A stretch of DNA of 64,000 nt from Octopus sinensis (lineage: Eukaryota), in assembly GCF_006345805.1 (NCBI RefSeq), contig NC_043007.1, forward strand, positions 15,686,001 through 15,750,000, in the 5' to 3' direction. The position numbers and the translations under genes were made by a program. Shown here piece after piece: positions 12,035-24,373 of this stretch (position 1 is its first letter; each line of letters starts with the position of its first letter). Under the pieces are notes generated by a model that worked only from the letters and a program-made list of their open reading frames with translations, had not been told where the DNA came from and did not search any database.

Positions 12035-12729
12035 GCGGTGCCCCAGCATGGCCAGAGCTCGTGAGCTGAAACTAGATAAAATGAAAAATGAAAATATAAA
12101 TGTACGTATGTATAATACATCCTCTATATCTTTTCACACACAGACACACACACAGACACACACACACAAACATACACACACACACACATAAACACACACA
12201 TATATATATATGTATATCATGTTATATTACATTATATTATATTCTATATGTGTTCGTGTGTACATTTGCGTGAGTGTTTTTGCTTGAGTGTGTGCGCGCG
12301 TGTGTGTACTTATAAGTAGATACATATTTTTAACGCATAGTAAATTTACTATAATTTAAACACAATACGAACGGTTTAACACTTCTTGGTTTTAAATATA
12401 GTCAAAATATAATCAGTTTTAACTCCCCGTTATAAAGTATGATAAAACTATAGCATGTTTGCTGGTTGTTAAGTTAACATATTAGATTTATTACTAAGTA
12501 TAAGCGTTATTGTTATTTTAATGGTATGGAAGATTGCTATTTTATACAATTAATTTCAAAGATATTGTTACCAACATTTCTTACTGCAATATTTTATAGT
12601 ATATTGCATGATTCTGAAACTTCTTTATGTTTCACCCTCTGAAAATAGCAGCCAAATTTGATCTGAAATTATATAAGCATGGAACTTATGGATAATGTAC
12701 TCCTGAATACAATATAATGGAATACCTCT

Positions 12730-12797
12730 GATCATATCGTCTGCTAGATGATAGCGTCTACTAGATAATATCGTCTGCTAGACGATATCGTCTGCTC
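12730..12797. repeat. 17-bp minisatellite x4 (GATNATATCGTCTGCTA)
   Basis: Units start at 12730, 12747, 12764 and 12781. Confidence 0.9.
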
Positions 12798-13805
12798 CGA
12801 GGTTTAATACCAGCGATCGCTATAAGCTCAAACCAACTTATGTACCAATGTGTGATCGTTCTACCCGCTTAAATAGCAGCCAAATCTTCTTTCGGCTACA
12901 ACATGTCACCGTATAATGGACGAAACTCATCGGTCAAAGTAGACTGGGACTCTCTGAAGTTGAAACATAAGGCGAACAAATCAGGATTTCAACCGTTTTT
13001 CATTCTAGATATCTGCTTGTTAACGGCTGACCTGAGGCTACGAAATAATAACAACTACGAGATTATTTCTATTGTGTATTTGAGTAATCATAAAATACAT
13101 TCTATGGAAATATAGCACGTATTATATTTATAGTGTACACTGATAGATTGCTTTGATTCGATTATCAGATCTATAAAAGCAATACTGATGTTCTGTTTAG
13201 TTTAAATGTCATCAATATGATGGCGGTTCATCATCTATAGTGATTCTATTCAGTTTGAAAATTTCGTTATAATGTGTATCGTGCGATAAATTCTATTGAT
13301 GATTCAAATGGTTTTGAGTACAAACGAAAATATCACGGAGCAACGAGAAGAGCCTTTATGCAATCGCTTGACCTGCTAGAAATAACAACCAAATCTCTCT
13401 CAAACTACAAGATATTTAATAAGGACACATTGGATAAAAAATAATTAGAGCACATTTTGGGGGTGGTTATAACATTAACACATTTAAGATCAAGAACGAC
13501 TGTAGAATAACAAGAACAACCATGTCAGTCAACACAGTTCTGTCAGACGTGAGATTCTCTTTCAATTTCACTGAAGTCGAAACTTCTTACGCCTAATGAT
13601 AAGCATAGGTTTGATTTCGATATTCTCCCAAAGTTGTCAAGATTTAATTTCTTTCCTAATATTTTAACCATATCGACTGCTAATGTTCTGTTATAATTTC
13701 CAAGTGTCTAACTTGGAAAATGGAGACTATCAAAATAACGTAGACGCCTCTGATGAGAACTCCATAAGGTTCGAAAATTGATTAAGGCTGTTCATCAGTT
13801 GTTAT

Positions 13806-13971
13806 AGGCGCAGGAGTGGCTATGTGGTAAGTAGCTTGCTTACCAGCCACTTGGTTCCGGGTTCATTCCCACTGCGTGGCACCTTGGGCAAGTGTCTTCC
13901 ACTATAGCCTCGGGCCGACTAAAGCCTTGTGAGTGGATTTGGTAGACAGAAACTGAAAGAAGCCTGTCGTG

Positions 13972-14048
<77 letters not shown>

Positions 14049-14298
14049 TGCGTGTCTGTGTGTGTGTATGTGTGTGTGTGTATGTATGTGTGTGTATATG
14101 TTTGTGTGTCTGTGTTTGTCCCCCCCCAACATCGGTTGACAACCGATGGTGGTCTGTATACGTCCCCGTAACTTAGCGGTTCGGCAAAAGAGACCGATAG
14201 AATAGGCTTACAAAGAATAAGTCCCTGGGGTCGAATTTCTCGGAGTAAAGGCGGTGCTCCAGCATGGCTGCAGTCAAATAACTGAAACAAGTAAAAAG
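13806..14298 (+). mobile_element. SINE-A, full length
   Basis: Head GGCGCAGGAGTGGCTATGTGG, B-box-like GGTTCATTCCC, tail GGCGGTGCTCCAGCATGGCTGCAGTCAAATAACTGAAACAAG. Confidence 0.92.
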
Positions 14299-15815
14299 GT
14301 TAAAAAAGGGGTTCACTGATAAATACAAGTTTGAGTTATGCTTCTGCATAATCGTTACATTCCTCATCCTGCTATATCTACAAAACACTGTTAGTTTTCT
14401 AGTTAACTTTTCCAATATGCCTTCGTATGCTTTCGTAACTTTAATATGAATTACAATAGTTTCTCTTTTCTGAAATCTCATATGAAATACTATTTGTACA
14501 GCTGTCACAAAGGCCGGCATTGTTGTTGACTGACAGAAGCAGCCATTGCATCAATCGGACGTTTAACATAATCACAAAGTAGACAACCTCTGGGAATCTT
14601 CTTGTCATAATAAATAAAAACTATGAGAACTAACGTAAATGCCTAATTGAACTTTCAGCAGTTGACCTTTTGTGGGAATGTCGGCAAAACACTTTGCTAA
14701 AATGGTGCATATCTTTGTATAATGCTTGTTTGAGAATAGTTTCAATATGCGGCATGAAGCAACGACGTGATAGATATATTGATATACAATGTAATGATTG
14801 TACTAAAACTGGTAAATTTCTGTTGCATCGTGACTTTAAAGAAATATATTCTTTATTGGGTAACGGAAACTTTTTGTTATGAATTGTAGTTACGAACTAA
14901 TATTGCAAAAGTGCTGCAGTTTTTTCGCGACCTGAATGATTCAGAAATACTCACACACTCTCGTGCCTGCGCATATTGGGGATTCCTGGTGTGAGTTCCG
15001 ATCTCAACCTCGTCACTAATGTTGCATTCTTCCATGGGTTACATGATGAAGTTTTAATACAACTCCTATTTCTCCTTAGTCTCGCTTTCAAGATAGTTCC
15101 CGCTATAAGTTTCAAGCATGTTTTATACCTTTTCTCTTTTGGAGAGCTTCATAGGCATCCTGGAACAAACACTGGAGTTCTTTTCACTGCTTCCATGTTC
15201 ATGTCGGCAAAACAACACTCACACAGAAACACACACACACACCCACACACCCACCCACACACACTCACTCACTTACTCACGCACATATACACACAGACAC
15301 GCATGCTTGTTTATGATAGTCCACCAAATTCGGAGGTGACAAGCTTTGTTTCCAATTCTAAATTCTTTGATTACTACTTTTTTAAGCAACAGCAGCAACA
15401 GAGATCGTAGCTGCATTAGCAACGAGAACATCGAGACAGCAACCATCTTTGTTTTACACCTACTGCATTGTCTTCACGAATAAGGAAACTGCAGAAGTGT
15501 AAGTATTCCATCGAATACCTTAATAGCTCGCCATTTGACACAAGGACGCCCCTGCAGCTCCGTTTGACATGAAGAACTCTAAGACCACCACATACATATG
15601 TGTACATATGTATGTACTATGGAGAGAATTATAGAGAACAGGGCTAGTTAACTAGGTAACTAGCCACCTATCTATCTATCTATTTATCTATCTATCTATA
15701 TACTCCAACACACACAAACACACACATATGAACACAAACGATTGAATTTTTTCAATGTCGCTTATAAACGTGTCATACAGTCTCTGGTGATCAATCATGT
15801 TAATTTGCATGAAGA

Positions 15816-15816
15816 C

Positions 15817-15888
<72 letters not shown>
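15816..15888. repeat. (GATA)n microsatellite
   Basis: Direct inspection. Confidence 0.95.
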
Positions 15889-15890
<2 letters not shown>

Positions 15891-16057
15891 ATCTTCAGTC
15901 AAGTGATCACAGTTGTCAACAATAATATCTCAATTTTAATAAGGAATTGGGGAGAAACTCAGCCTGTATTACCTGTTAAATGTTATGACTGTCGCCAAGT
16001 TATACATATAGTTATGCGTGAGACCATAAATGGGTGTGTGCATATATGAGTATGGAT

Positions 16058-16088
<31 letters not shown>

Positions 16089-16206
16089 ATATATATATAT
16101 ATATATTATATATAATATAGTAAGGAAAAATTTTTTTTTAAATGCAGAATGCTCAAATGAAAGAAAATTTTAATAAAGTGAGAAAATGATAAAATATATA
16201 AATATA

Positions 16207-16255
16207 TATTTATTCAACCGGTTTTCGTCATTGTATGACTTGTCAAGAATATTTA
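16207..16255 (-). ncRNA. Minimal type I hammerhead ribozyme candidate (U3-A8 core variant)
   Basis: Minus strand: UAUUC-UUGACAA-GUCA(UACAA)UGAC-GAAA-ACCGG-UU-GAAUA. Stem I UAUUC/GAAUA, stem II GUCA/UGAC, palindromic AACCGGUU in the stem III position. Confidence 0.65.
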
Positions 16256-16881
16256 TGTTTTAAGAAGTTTTTTAAAAAATTAGAAAGGGGAAAAAAGAAA
16301 ATTGCATTGTTTTTTGTAAAAGAATAATGATAAAAATGTACAAAAATTAAAAATAAGTTCTCCAATACATTGTGAGTTCGTTGTGTATCTTGAGTTTTAT
16401 GGTTGTTTACCAAAAATTACCTTGAGGTGTTAAGATCCAAAGGGATTAAGAGCATGTGATGTGTTGTGTTGTTAAATTCAGCATGTTGCAGGACAGGAAG
16501 TAGTAGTAATTGTGGTCCTGGTTCTTCAGTTCCTGTGTTGTGAGTAAGGGGAGACAACTCTTTTGAGTTCTTCAATAAAACCCAAATTATAAAACTATCA
16601 TTTTAGCTTCATTTGCATTATCTTTTTTATATAATTGCTTGTTAACTTAACTTTCAGATTTTTAACACCTTATTTATATTATTTTCTAATAATATAAATC
16701 TGCATAGACAATTGCATTTCAAATTGTCATATCATTTATAATAAAAATGATAGTAATAACAACAATAGTAAAAATGATATTTAAAGAATATAAGTTTTAG
16801 CTTGAAGTGATGAATGCATGATATCTTTATATATTTGTGTTAGTCCATCCATGAAGAGTGAGGTAGAGAAAGGAAGTTTGT

Positions 16882-18744
16882 TCAACGAGGAGTTTGCATA
16901 TTAAGTTGTGTTTGGAATTTTTCAATAAAGAGATTCTCCTTGTTAATTCTCTCCTGTGTGGTGATCCCGTCTTTACATTGGTAGAAGGGGAATATATAGA
17001 ATTTGGGGTTTAAGTCTTTAGCACATGAGTCTAAGTGGTCACTCAGTGGAATTTGTCGGTATTCCGGGAGATTTATTTGTTCTTTATGCACCGTTACTCG
17101 TTTACGTAACGGGAGACTCGTTTGTCCAACATAATTATGTTGGCAACCAGCGCATGTGAGAACGTAGATAAGGTTCTCGGAGGAACAGGAGAAGTTAGTC
17201 TTGATTTTAAACTTCGTACCTTGTTTGAAGGTAAATTCAGAGCCTTCAAGTAGAAAGGGGCAGGTACCACAGTTTGAGCGTGCACATTTTTTTACTGTTG
17301 GGGGTGATGTGGTCTGTGAAGTTTGGCATTTGTCAAGAGTTTTTTTAAAGATTTGTGTTGCCTTTTGCATTTGAGGATTTTGTGTGTATTTATAATGTTT
17401 TTCATTTTTGGGTCTGTTGACAGTAGACTGGGGTTTTGTATGATTGTGGTGTATGCTTCGATATTTTTGGGGTTGTGGGTGGAAATGTATGGAAGTATTT
17501 TGAGGTTGTGTGTGGTGTTAGGTTGGGTGGTTTTCAGTGTAGCGTTGTCTAGTTCTTTGGCGCGTTTTATTCCATACTTTATAAGGGTGGAGGGATATTG
17601 ACGTTGTAATAGTTTTTTTTTGAGGTCTTGAAGGCGTATTTCTCGTGTTTTTGGATCCGAGACAATGGTGCATACCCTTTTAGCTAAATTGAAAGGGATA
17701 TTTGTCTTGGTGTGTTTGGGTGGCATGAACTAAAGAGGAGGTATTGTTGTGAGTCTGTAGGTTTGTGGTAGATGTCTGTTATGATTTGGTTCTTAGGTGT
17801 TTTTATAATTAGGAGATCAAGGAATGGGAGATGATGTTTGCTTAATTCCATAGTGAATTGGATGTTGGGATGTATGTTGTTTAGTATGGTTTTGAATTCC
17901 AGGAGTTTTTCATAAGGTTCTTTCCATATGATGAAACAATCATCTAAATACCTTTTCCAGTTTTCCATTAGGTAGGTGTGGAAAACATGTCCAAATTTCT
18001 GGCTTGATATTTCATAGAGTGACAGTTCGAAGTAACCCATTATGAGGTTCGCAAGGACTGGTGCAGCCTTGGTACCCATCGCAATGCCACATTTTTGACG
18101 GTAGTGTGTGTCGTCGAAGAGAAAAAAATGTTTGTCAGAATGAACTTAAGAGATTCTGTAATAAAAGACTTGTTAATGCGGTCAGGGAATGTCTCTGGGT
18201 GTTTTTCTAGCCAGAAGTCAATTGCCTCTATACCATACTCATGTGGAATGTTGGTGTAGAGGTTGATGACATCAAAGGATACCAGGAGTGCCTCCTCGTT
18301 AACTGTTTTCGGGAGGTGTTTGAGCATGTCCAGATCATCCCTAATGAAACTTTTGATGTCGGTAAGGAAAGGTTTCAAAAGGATGTCTAGGAAGTTACTC
18401 AGGCGGTGTGTTTCACAGGAGGTACCAGCCACGATGGGCCTTAGTTTTAGGTCCTCCGGTGCTTTGATGTTGATGTGGATGTCAGTGGAGAGTTTGCAGG
18501 CTTCGGTGATGTATATGTTTTTATGGATTTTAGGAAGGCCATAAAAAAGGCTGGGCTTGCATTTGAAAATGGTGATATAATCCCTTTCTTTTTCTGTGAG
18601 TCCCTGACCGTGTTGGCGTATGAGTGTGGTGAGGTTTCTGATTGTTTTTTGCTGTTTGTAGTTGTTAATAACCTCATAGAAAATGTTATTGTTAAGCATG
18701 GAGAACACTAGGTGTTTATAAAATTCCGTGTCCATAAGGACCAC
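16882..18744 (-). CDS. Penelope-like RT-GIY-YIG polyprotein (partial, ~620 codons, three -1 frameshifts)
   Basis: Four overlapping ORFs give LRPIVAG, SFDVINLYTNIP, MGTKAAP, YLDD, thumb IYHKPTD...CHP/KHTKTNIPFNLAKR, Cys motif CxxxxCxxC, then LIYVLTC...YVGQT...R...H (GIY-YIG) ending ERINKENLFIEKFQTQLN. Confidence 0.92.
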
Positions 18745-18889
18745 TATATATTTATATATTTTATCATTTTCTCATTTTATTAAAATTTTCTTTCATTTGA
18801 GCATTCTGCATTTTTTAAAAAATTTTTCCTTACTTATCATTTCTCCACGTGCGGTCAACACAACCCCACCATTTATTGATCTATATATA

Positions 18890-18931
<42 letters not shown>

Positions 18932-19011
18932 TATATATTAATTAATAAGGGTGAGAGAATTAGATACTAATTTAATGTGCTAGAGTGATCAATATAGTGA
19001 CCACTCTCTTA

Positions 19012-19060
<49 letters not shown>

Positions 19061-19063
<3 letters not shown>

Positions 19064-19472
19064 CGCAGGAGTGGCTGTGTGGTAAGTAGCTTGTTTACCA
19101 ACTACATGGTTCCGGGTTCAGTCCCACTGCGTGGCACCTTGGGCAAGTGTCTTTTACTATAGCCTCGGGCCGACCAAAGCCTTGTGAGTGGATTTGGTAG
19201 ACCGAAACTGAAACAAGTCCGTCGTATATATGTGTATATATATGCGTGTGTGTGTTTGTGTGTCTGTGTTTGTCCCCCTAGCATTGCTTGACAACCGATG
19301 CTGGTGTGTTTATGTCCCCGTTGCTTAGCGGTTCGGCAAGAGAGACCGATAGAATAAGTACTGGGCTTACAAAAGAATAAGTCCCGGGGTCGAGTTGCTC
19401 GATTAAAGGCGGTGCTCCAGCATGGCTACAGTCATATGACTGAAACAAGTAAAAGAGTAAAAAGAGTAAAGA
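19061..19472 (+). mobile_element. SINE-A, full length, embedded in (TA)n
   Basis: Consensus-like head and tail ending in (TAAAAGAG)n. Confidence 0.93.
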
Positions 19473-19525
<53 letters not shown>

Positions 19526-20199
19526 CATATGTATATACATAAACCGGGAGGCCGGTTTACGGGATTACCCTGTGTTTCCCGTCATAAAGGTTTTGGCTTT
19601 ATGGCGTATCGTGCAGATCCCAAAATCTGTTGGTCTAAAAGAGAAACAGAGTGGGAGAGGTACTAATGTTCGTACTGCAAAAACTATCAAATAAGAAAGG
19701 GCGAATCACTTGAAATCCGTTCGTGAATCGAACCTTGTGATGGAATAGAGACAACAAAGAATGATAGAGATGCAATAACGGTCACCTCAGTACATAGTTG
19801 AATAGCGAAAAGGAAAAGGTCAAGTGAATCAGTGCTATATTCAATGAGCGCACGAATAATAAGAATAAGTTTCCGGTGAACCGACTCAGCAGTTTGGTTT
19901 CAAGAGACAGCTGAGTCAGTAGCTTGCTTTTACCTTGCACAAAGCTGCACGCCATTCGGAATTTTCATTCTTTATTTCGTACTTTATTTATTTTGGTAGC
20001 AAGAATCGAGACCTCGTATTTAGAGGACGAAGGCAGAGGTGAGTGTTTATGTGCATGTGTATGTGTGTGTATGTGTGTGTGTGTGTGTGGTGTGTGTGTA
20101 CGAGTGCGTGTGTATACGAGTGTGTAGGGTGTGTGCAATTATATATAATTATGTATGTGTATATACACACAAAAGGGGAAGGAAGAAGATAGACAAGAG

Positions 20200-20244
20200 A
20201 TAGATAGATGAATAGATAGACAGACAGGCGGACAGACTAACAGG

Positions 20245-20314
<70 letters not shown>

Positions 20315-20600
20315 TGTTTCTTTATTAGACCCATAGGGCTGCACACAGACGGGACAGATTACAAAGTAGAGCTCTTCTTTTTGGGGGAAAGAAAAAAAAG
20401 GTGGGGTAGGTTTTCGATCAAAAGGGATCGTAAAAGGGAAAGAAGGAAAAAAAGGGGGGTGGAAAGAAAAAAAGCGATCAATAGGGATAGTTAATCACAG
20501 TGTCATGATGTAAAGTGTAAAGGGGGAAGCAGATAAGGCTTATCCGTGGGAAGAAAAGCCTACGAAAAAGACCACGGTAACCTCGGTCAATAATGTTACA
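20200..20600 (-). mobile_element. Probable non-LTR retrotransposon 3' UTR ending in (TATC)n
   Basis: Minus strand has pyrimidine-rich tracts, then AATAAA near 20291-20296, immediately followed by a (TATC)n array. No coding part was recognised. Confidence 0.35.
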
Positions 20601-21429
20601 TGTTACCACATTTGTTTGCAAGTTGGTAACCCTCTGTTTTAAATTTTCCGGATTCATAGGATTATGCTCAAGGTGGATTTGTCATTCATACGCGCCATCC
20701 TTGCTACATTCACCCATCTTTCTTTGAAACATTCGCTAGATAGATAGATAGATAAACAGGTTATTCAAGAATTTTGACAGTCAATAAATGAAGAAGACCG
20801 AATATTTGGGGGATCCGAAGAGGAAGCCTGACTTTTGATATAAAGTACTCTTTATGGTTATACATATGCAAATTAACATGATTGATCACCGGAGACAGTA
20901 TGACACGTTTATAGCGACATGGAAAAATTCGTTTGTTTTCATGTGTGTGTGTGTGTGTGTGGAAAGTATAGAAAAATGTCTAGTGTCGAAGACTAGACAG
21001 CTTCGTCTTCAATGGAGACTAATTTCGAAATTTGTAAATGGAGGTAACCAAGGTCTGACTCATGTTACCCTTGTGAGTAAAAACCTCTCGTGTGTTTCCA
21101 CTGTTTTTCTTTAATGCTTAGTCATTCGGAAATGCAAATCCCGTATCTCTTTATATGATCCCTGGTACTGATGGGAGAGAGAAAGATGTGCTTTTATGCC
21201 GAGACTTGGCCTGAATTAATTGATTACAACATAACCAACTCAGGTGAAGTTTCTCAAAGGCCAGGAGGGTTTGCTAAACAGATCAACGAATTAATTAAAT
21301 AATTAAAGTAGAGCTGTGTGGGATTTGAACTCGGAGCGTGCAGATTCGGAGCAAATACTGCAAAACTCTTCCCGTATGCTCTGAGGTTCCGTCAAAACCA
21401 CCGATATTAAATTGTTTATTTATATATTT

Positions 21430-22036
21430 ATTTCTTTATTGCCCTCATCGGAGCCAAACATAGTGGGAACAAACAAGGACACACAAAGAGATTAAGATGA
21501 TTTCATCGACCCCAGTGCGTAACTGTTACCTATTTAATCGACCCCTAAAGGATGAAAGGCAAAGTTGACCTCGGCAGAATTTGAACTCAGAACGTAACGG
21601 CAGACGAAATACCTATTTCTTTACTACACAAAAGGGGCTAAACACAGAGAGGACAAACTAGGACGGACAAACGGATATAGTCGATTATATTGATCCCAGT
21701 GCGTAATTGGTACTTAATTAATCGACCCCGAAAGGATGAAAGGCAAAGTCGACCTCGGTGGAATTTGAACTCAGAACATAACGGCAGCCGAAATACCTAT
21801 TTCTATTTCTTTATTACCCACAAGGGGCTAAACATAGAGGGGACAAACAAGTATAAACATAAGTATTAAGTCGATTACATCGACCCCAGTGCGTAACTGG
21901 TACTTATTTAATCGACCCCGAAAGGATGAAAGGCAAAGTCGACCTCGGCGGAATTTGAACTCAGAACGTAGCGGCAGACGAAATACCGCTAAGCATTTCG
22001 CCCGGCGTGCTAACGATTCTGCTAATTCGCCACCCT
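21430..22036 (-). mobile_element. Tandem array of three SINE-C units
   Basis: Units of about 185-235 bp, each with GACCCCGAAAGGATGAAAGGCAAAGTCGACCTCGGCGGAATTTGAACTCAGAAC. Only the rightmost has the tRNA head. Confidence 0.92.
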
Positions 22037-22169
22037 TAATAACTATTGTTTATTTATATATTGACCCATGAAGGATGAAATGCAGAGCTGACCTCGGAGG
22101 AATTTGATACCAACTCAGCCAACACGCCAACTGTGCAACGTTTTCACTTTTGGCTCCCTTTTCAAGCCT

Positions 22170-22428
22170 AACCAGGCTCATGGGTGTGTGTGTTGCCCCC
22201 AGCTGGACGGGACGCCAGTCCATCGCAGCGTTATTGAAAAACAGGAAGAAAGAGTGAGAGAAAGTTGGGGCGAAAGAGTAGAACAGGGGTCGCCACCAGC
22301 CCCAGCCGGAGCCTCGTGGAGCTTTAGGTGTTTTCGCTCAATAAACACACACAACGCCCAGTCTGGGAATCGAAACCGCGATCTTCCGACCGCGAGTCCG
22401 CTGCCCTAACCATTGAGCCATTGCGCCT
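22170..22428 (-). mobile_element. SINE-B2 head with a different tail (type 2)
   Basis: Head matches 30640-30853; the tail ...CTGGACGGGACGCCAGTCCATCGCAGCGTTA is unlike type 1. Confidence 0.82.
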
Positions 22429-23220
22429 GCATCTGTGCAGCACTAAAACCTAATAGTATAGTATTAGTTTTGGTAGAGAAACTTGCGTTTGTCAGAAGTG
22501 ACGGTGAGGTCATGAATGTTCAAAGCAAGTTTGATGAGAGAGATTAAACACATAAATAAAATGTCACCACAATTCTGTTTTCTTCCTATCATTCGAAACG
22601 TAACTGAAATGGCTTCAAAAAGAATTCTAAAACAAATCGCAGTTCAGTGGACCATGAACTTGAGTCCTTAGAAACCGTAAAATTTCATGAATTAGTGTTA
22701 TTTAAGTTTTATATATGTTTGATATCAATAATGGTTTTATCTTAATGGTTAACAAGTCATTTAACCATCTTCATCATTGCTAATCGAACTTTTCATTTAT
22801 AAGTAAAAAGCAGTCTTTTTTTCAAACACAATGATAGTGATTTTTTCTGTTCCCTTTCGTCTACGTTTCTTCTTTTTGTTAATGTTACATTCTCCCTAAA
22901 CGTATAACAGTCACGGATAAAATTTGTCTTGTCCGTGTAGTAGAAATCAGTGCTGCGAAAATTGATCTTCAATGGTTTCCGTTCCATATGAACAGCAAGA
23001 AGCATTTTTTGAGAGCTTATTATTTATAAACACCAATAAATTTCAATACGTAGACCACGATATTCATTTGCACGGGACGTATGTACTGTTGCAAAATTAA
23101 CTGATACATAACATGCTATGGATCAAGTTCCATACATTTATGCAACACACAACCACATACATACATAGATGCATACATATACACACAAAATACATACATA
23201 CGTATATATATACGTATATA

Positions 23221-23252
<32 letters not shown>

Positions 23253-23287
23253 TACATATATATAATATATGTATATATATTATATAT

Positions 23288-23318
<31 letters not shown>

Positions 23319-23331
23319 CTATATATATATA

Positions 23332-23371
<40 letters not shown>

Positions 23372-23376
<5 letters not shown>

Positions 23377-24062
23377 ATGGCCACACCTTGAATACTCTTT
23401 GTACGGCCACACCTTGAATACTCTGCCCACTGTGGTCTCCTCACACAAGACAAAACATCTCCAGAATTGAGTCACCCCAGAGGGCACTCACTAAACGAAT
23501 TGAAGGCGTGGCTGCTCTCGATTATTGGGATCGCCTTAAAGCCTTGAAACTTTACTCCCTCCAGCGTCGCCGTGAGCGGTACATCATTTGTACGATGTGG
23601 AAAATATACCGCCAACTTTGCCCAAACGACCTAAACATAAGCTTCAAGGTTCATCCAAGACTGGGACCACGGGCTATACGTCCCCTGCCCAATTCAAGAT
23701 CACAACATACATGTACACTGCAACATAATTTCTTTTTCTCAACAGGCCCTGCCCTATTTAACATTGTCCCGAGGGAGATCAAAGAGGAAAAGGATCCCAT
23801 CAACTTTAAACAGAGTCTAGATAGATTCCTTCAAAGAATACCAGATAAGCCACCCATAATTGGATACAACTCACCCAACAAGAACTCACTACTTGAACAA
23901 AACTGGATACAACTCACCCAACAAGAACACACTACTTGAACAAAACTTGACTTAAACAAAACTTGACTTAAACAGGATTCGAATAATCCTATCAGGTGGT
24001 GCTATTAAGTTAGACATGGCCTGGACCAATCTTTGGTCGAAACATATCTAAGTTTATCTAAG
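23372..24062 (+). mobile_element. CR1/L2-group LINE 3' fragment
   Basis: ...PHLEY...LDYWDRLKALKLYSLQRRRERYII...GPALFNIVP...FKQSLDRFLQRIPDKP. 3' UTR ends CATGGCCTGGACCAATCTTTGGTCGAAAC. Short tandem duplications at ~23376-23425 and ~23861-23946. Confidence 0.9.
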
Positions 24063-24064
24063 TT

Positions 24065-24109
<45 letters not shown>

Positions 24110-24325
24110 TTAAGTACATGAATGAATTATCCTAGTATGGATAATTCGGTTAATAGATACCTGGGTAGCAAATTCACGTCAGTGAAACACGGTTGGAGTT
24201 ACATGCCAAGGACAGAACCCCGTGTTCGTGTGTGGAAATTTATGTGTTTTTTTATATGAATGAATGAAAAGAATGGAGTTAAATCTTCGTTCGACTCCAT
24301 TCTTTTCATTCATTTATATATATAT

Positions 24326-24373
<48 letters not shown>

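Larger units (their letters stand above)
16121..18881 (-). mobile_element. Penelope-like retroelement, 5'-truncated, with an inverted copy of its 3' end at the 5' junction
   Basis: RT and GIY-YIG coding region 18744-16882, ~760-nt 3' region with a hammerhead-like motif, 88-bp inverted repeat (16121-16208 vs 18745-18832), and (TA)n flanks on both sides. Confidence 0.93.

Noticed and set aside
12730-12797. CRISPR-like array
   Set aside because: Units are contiguous with no unique spacers; eukaryotic context.
15100-15215. Minus-strand MEAVKKELQCLFQDAYEALQKRK followed by a GT donor-like site
   Set aside because: No upstream AG acceptor and no homology recognised.
17323-18711. Plus-strand ORFs overlapping the Penelope element
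   Set aside because: Antisense shadows of the RT ORF.
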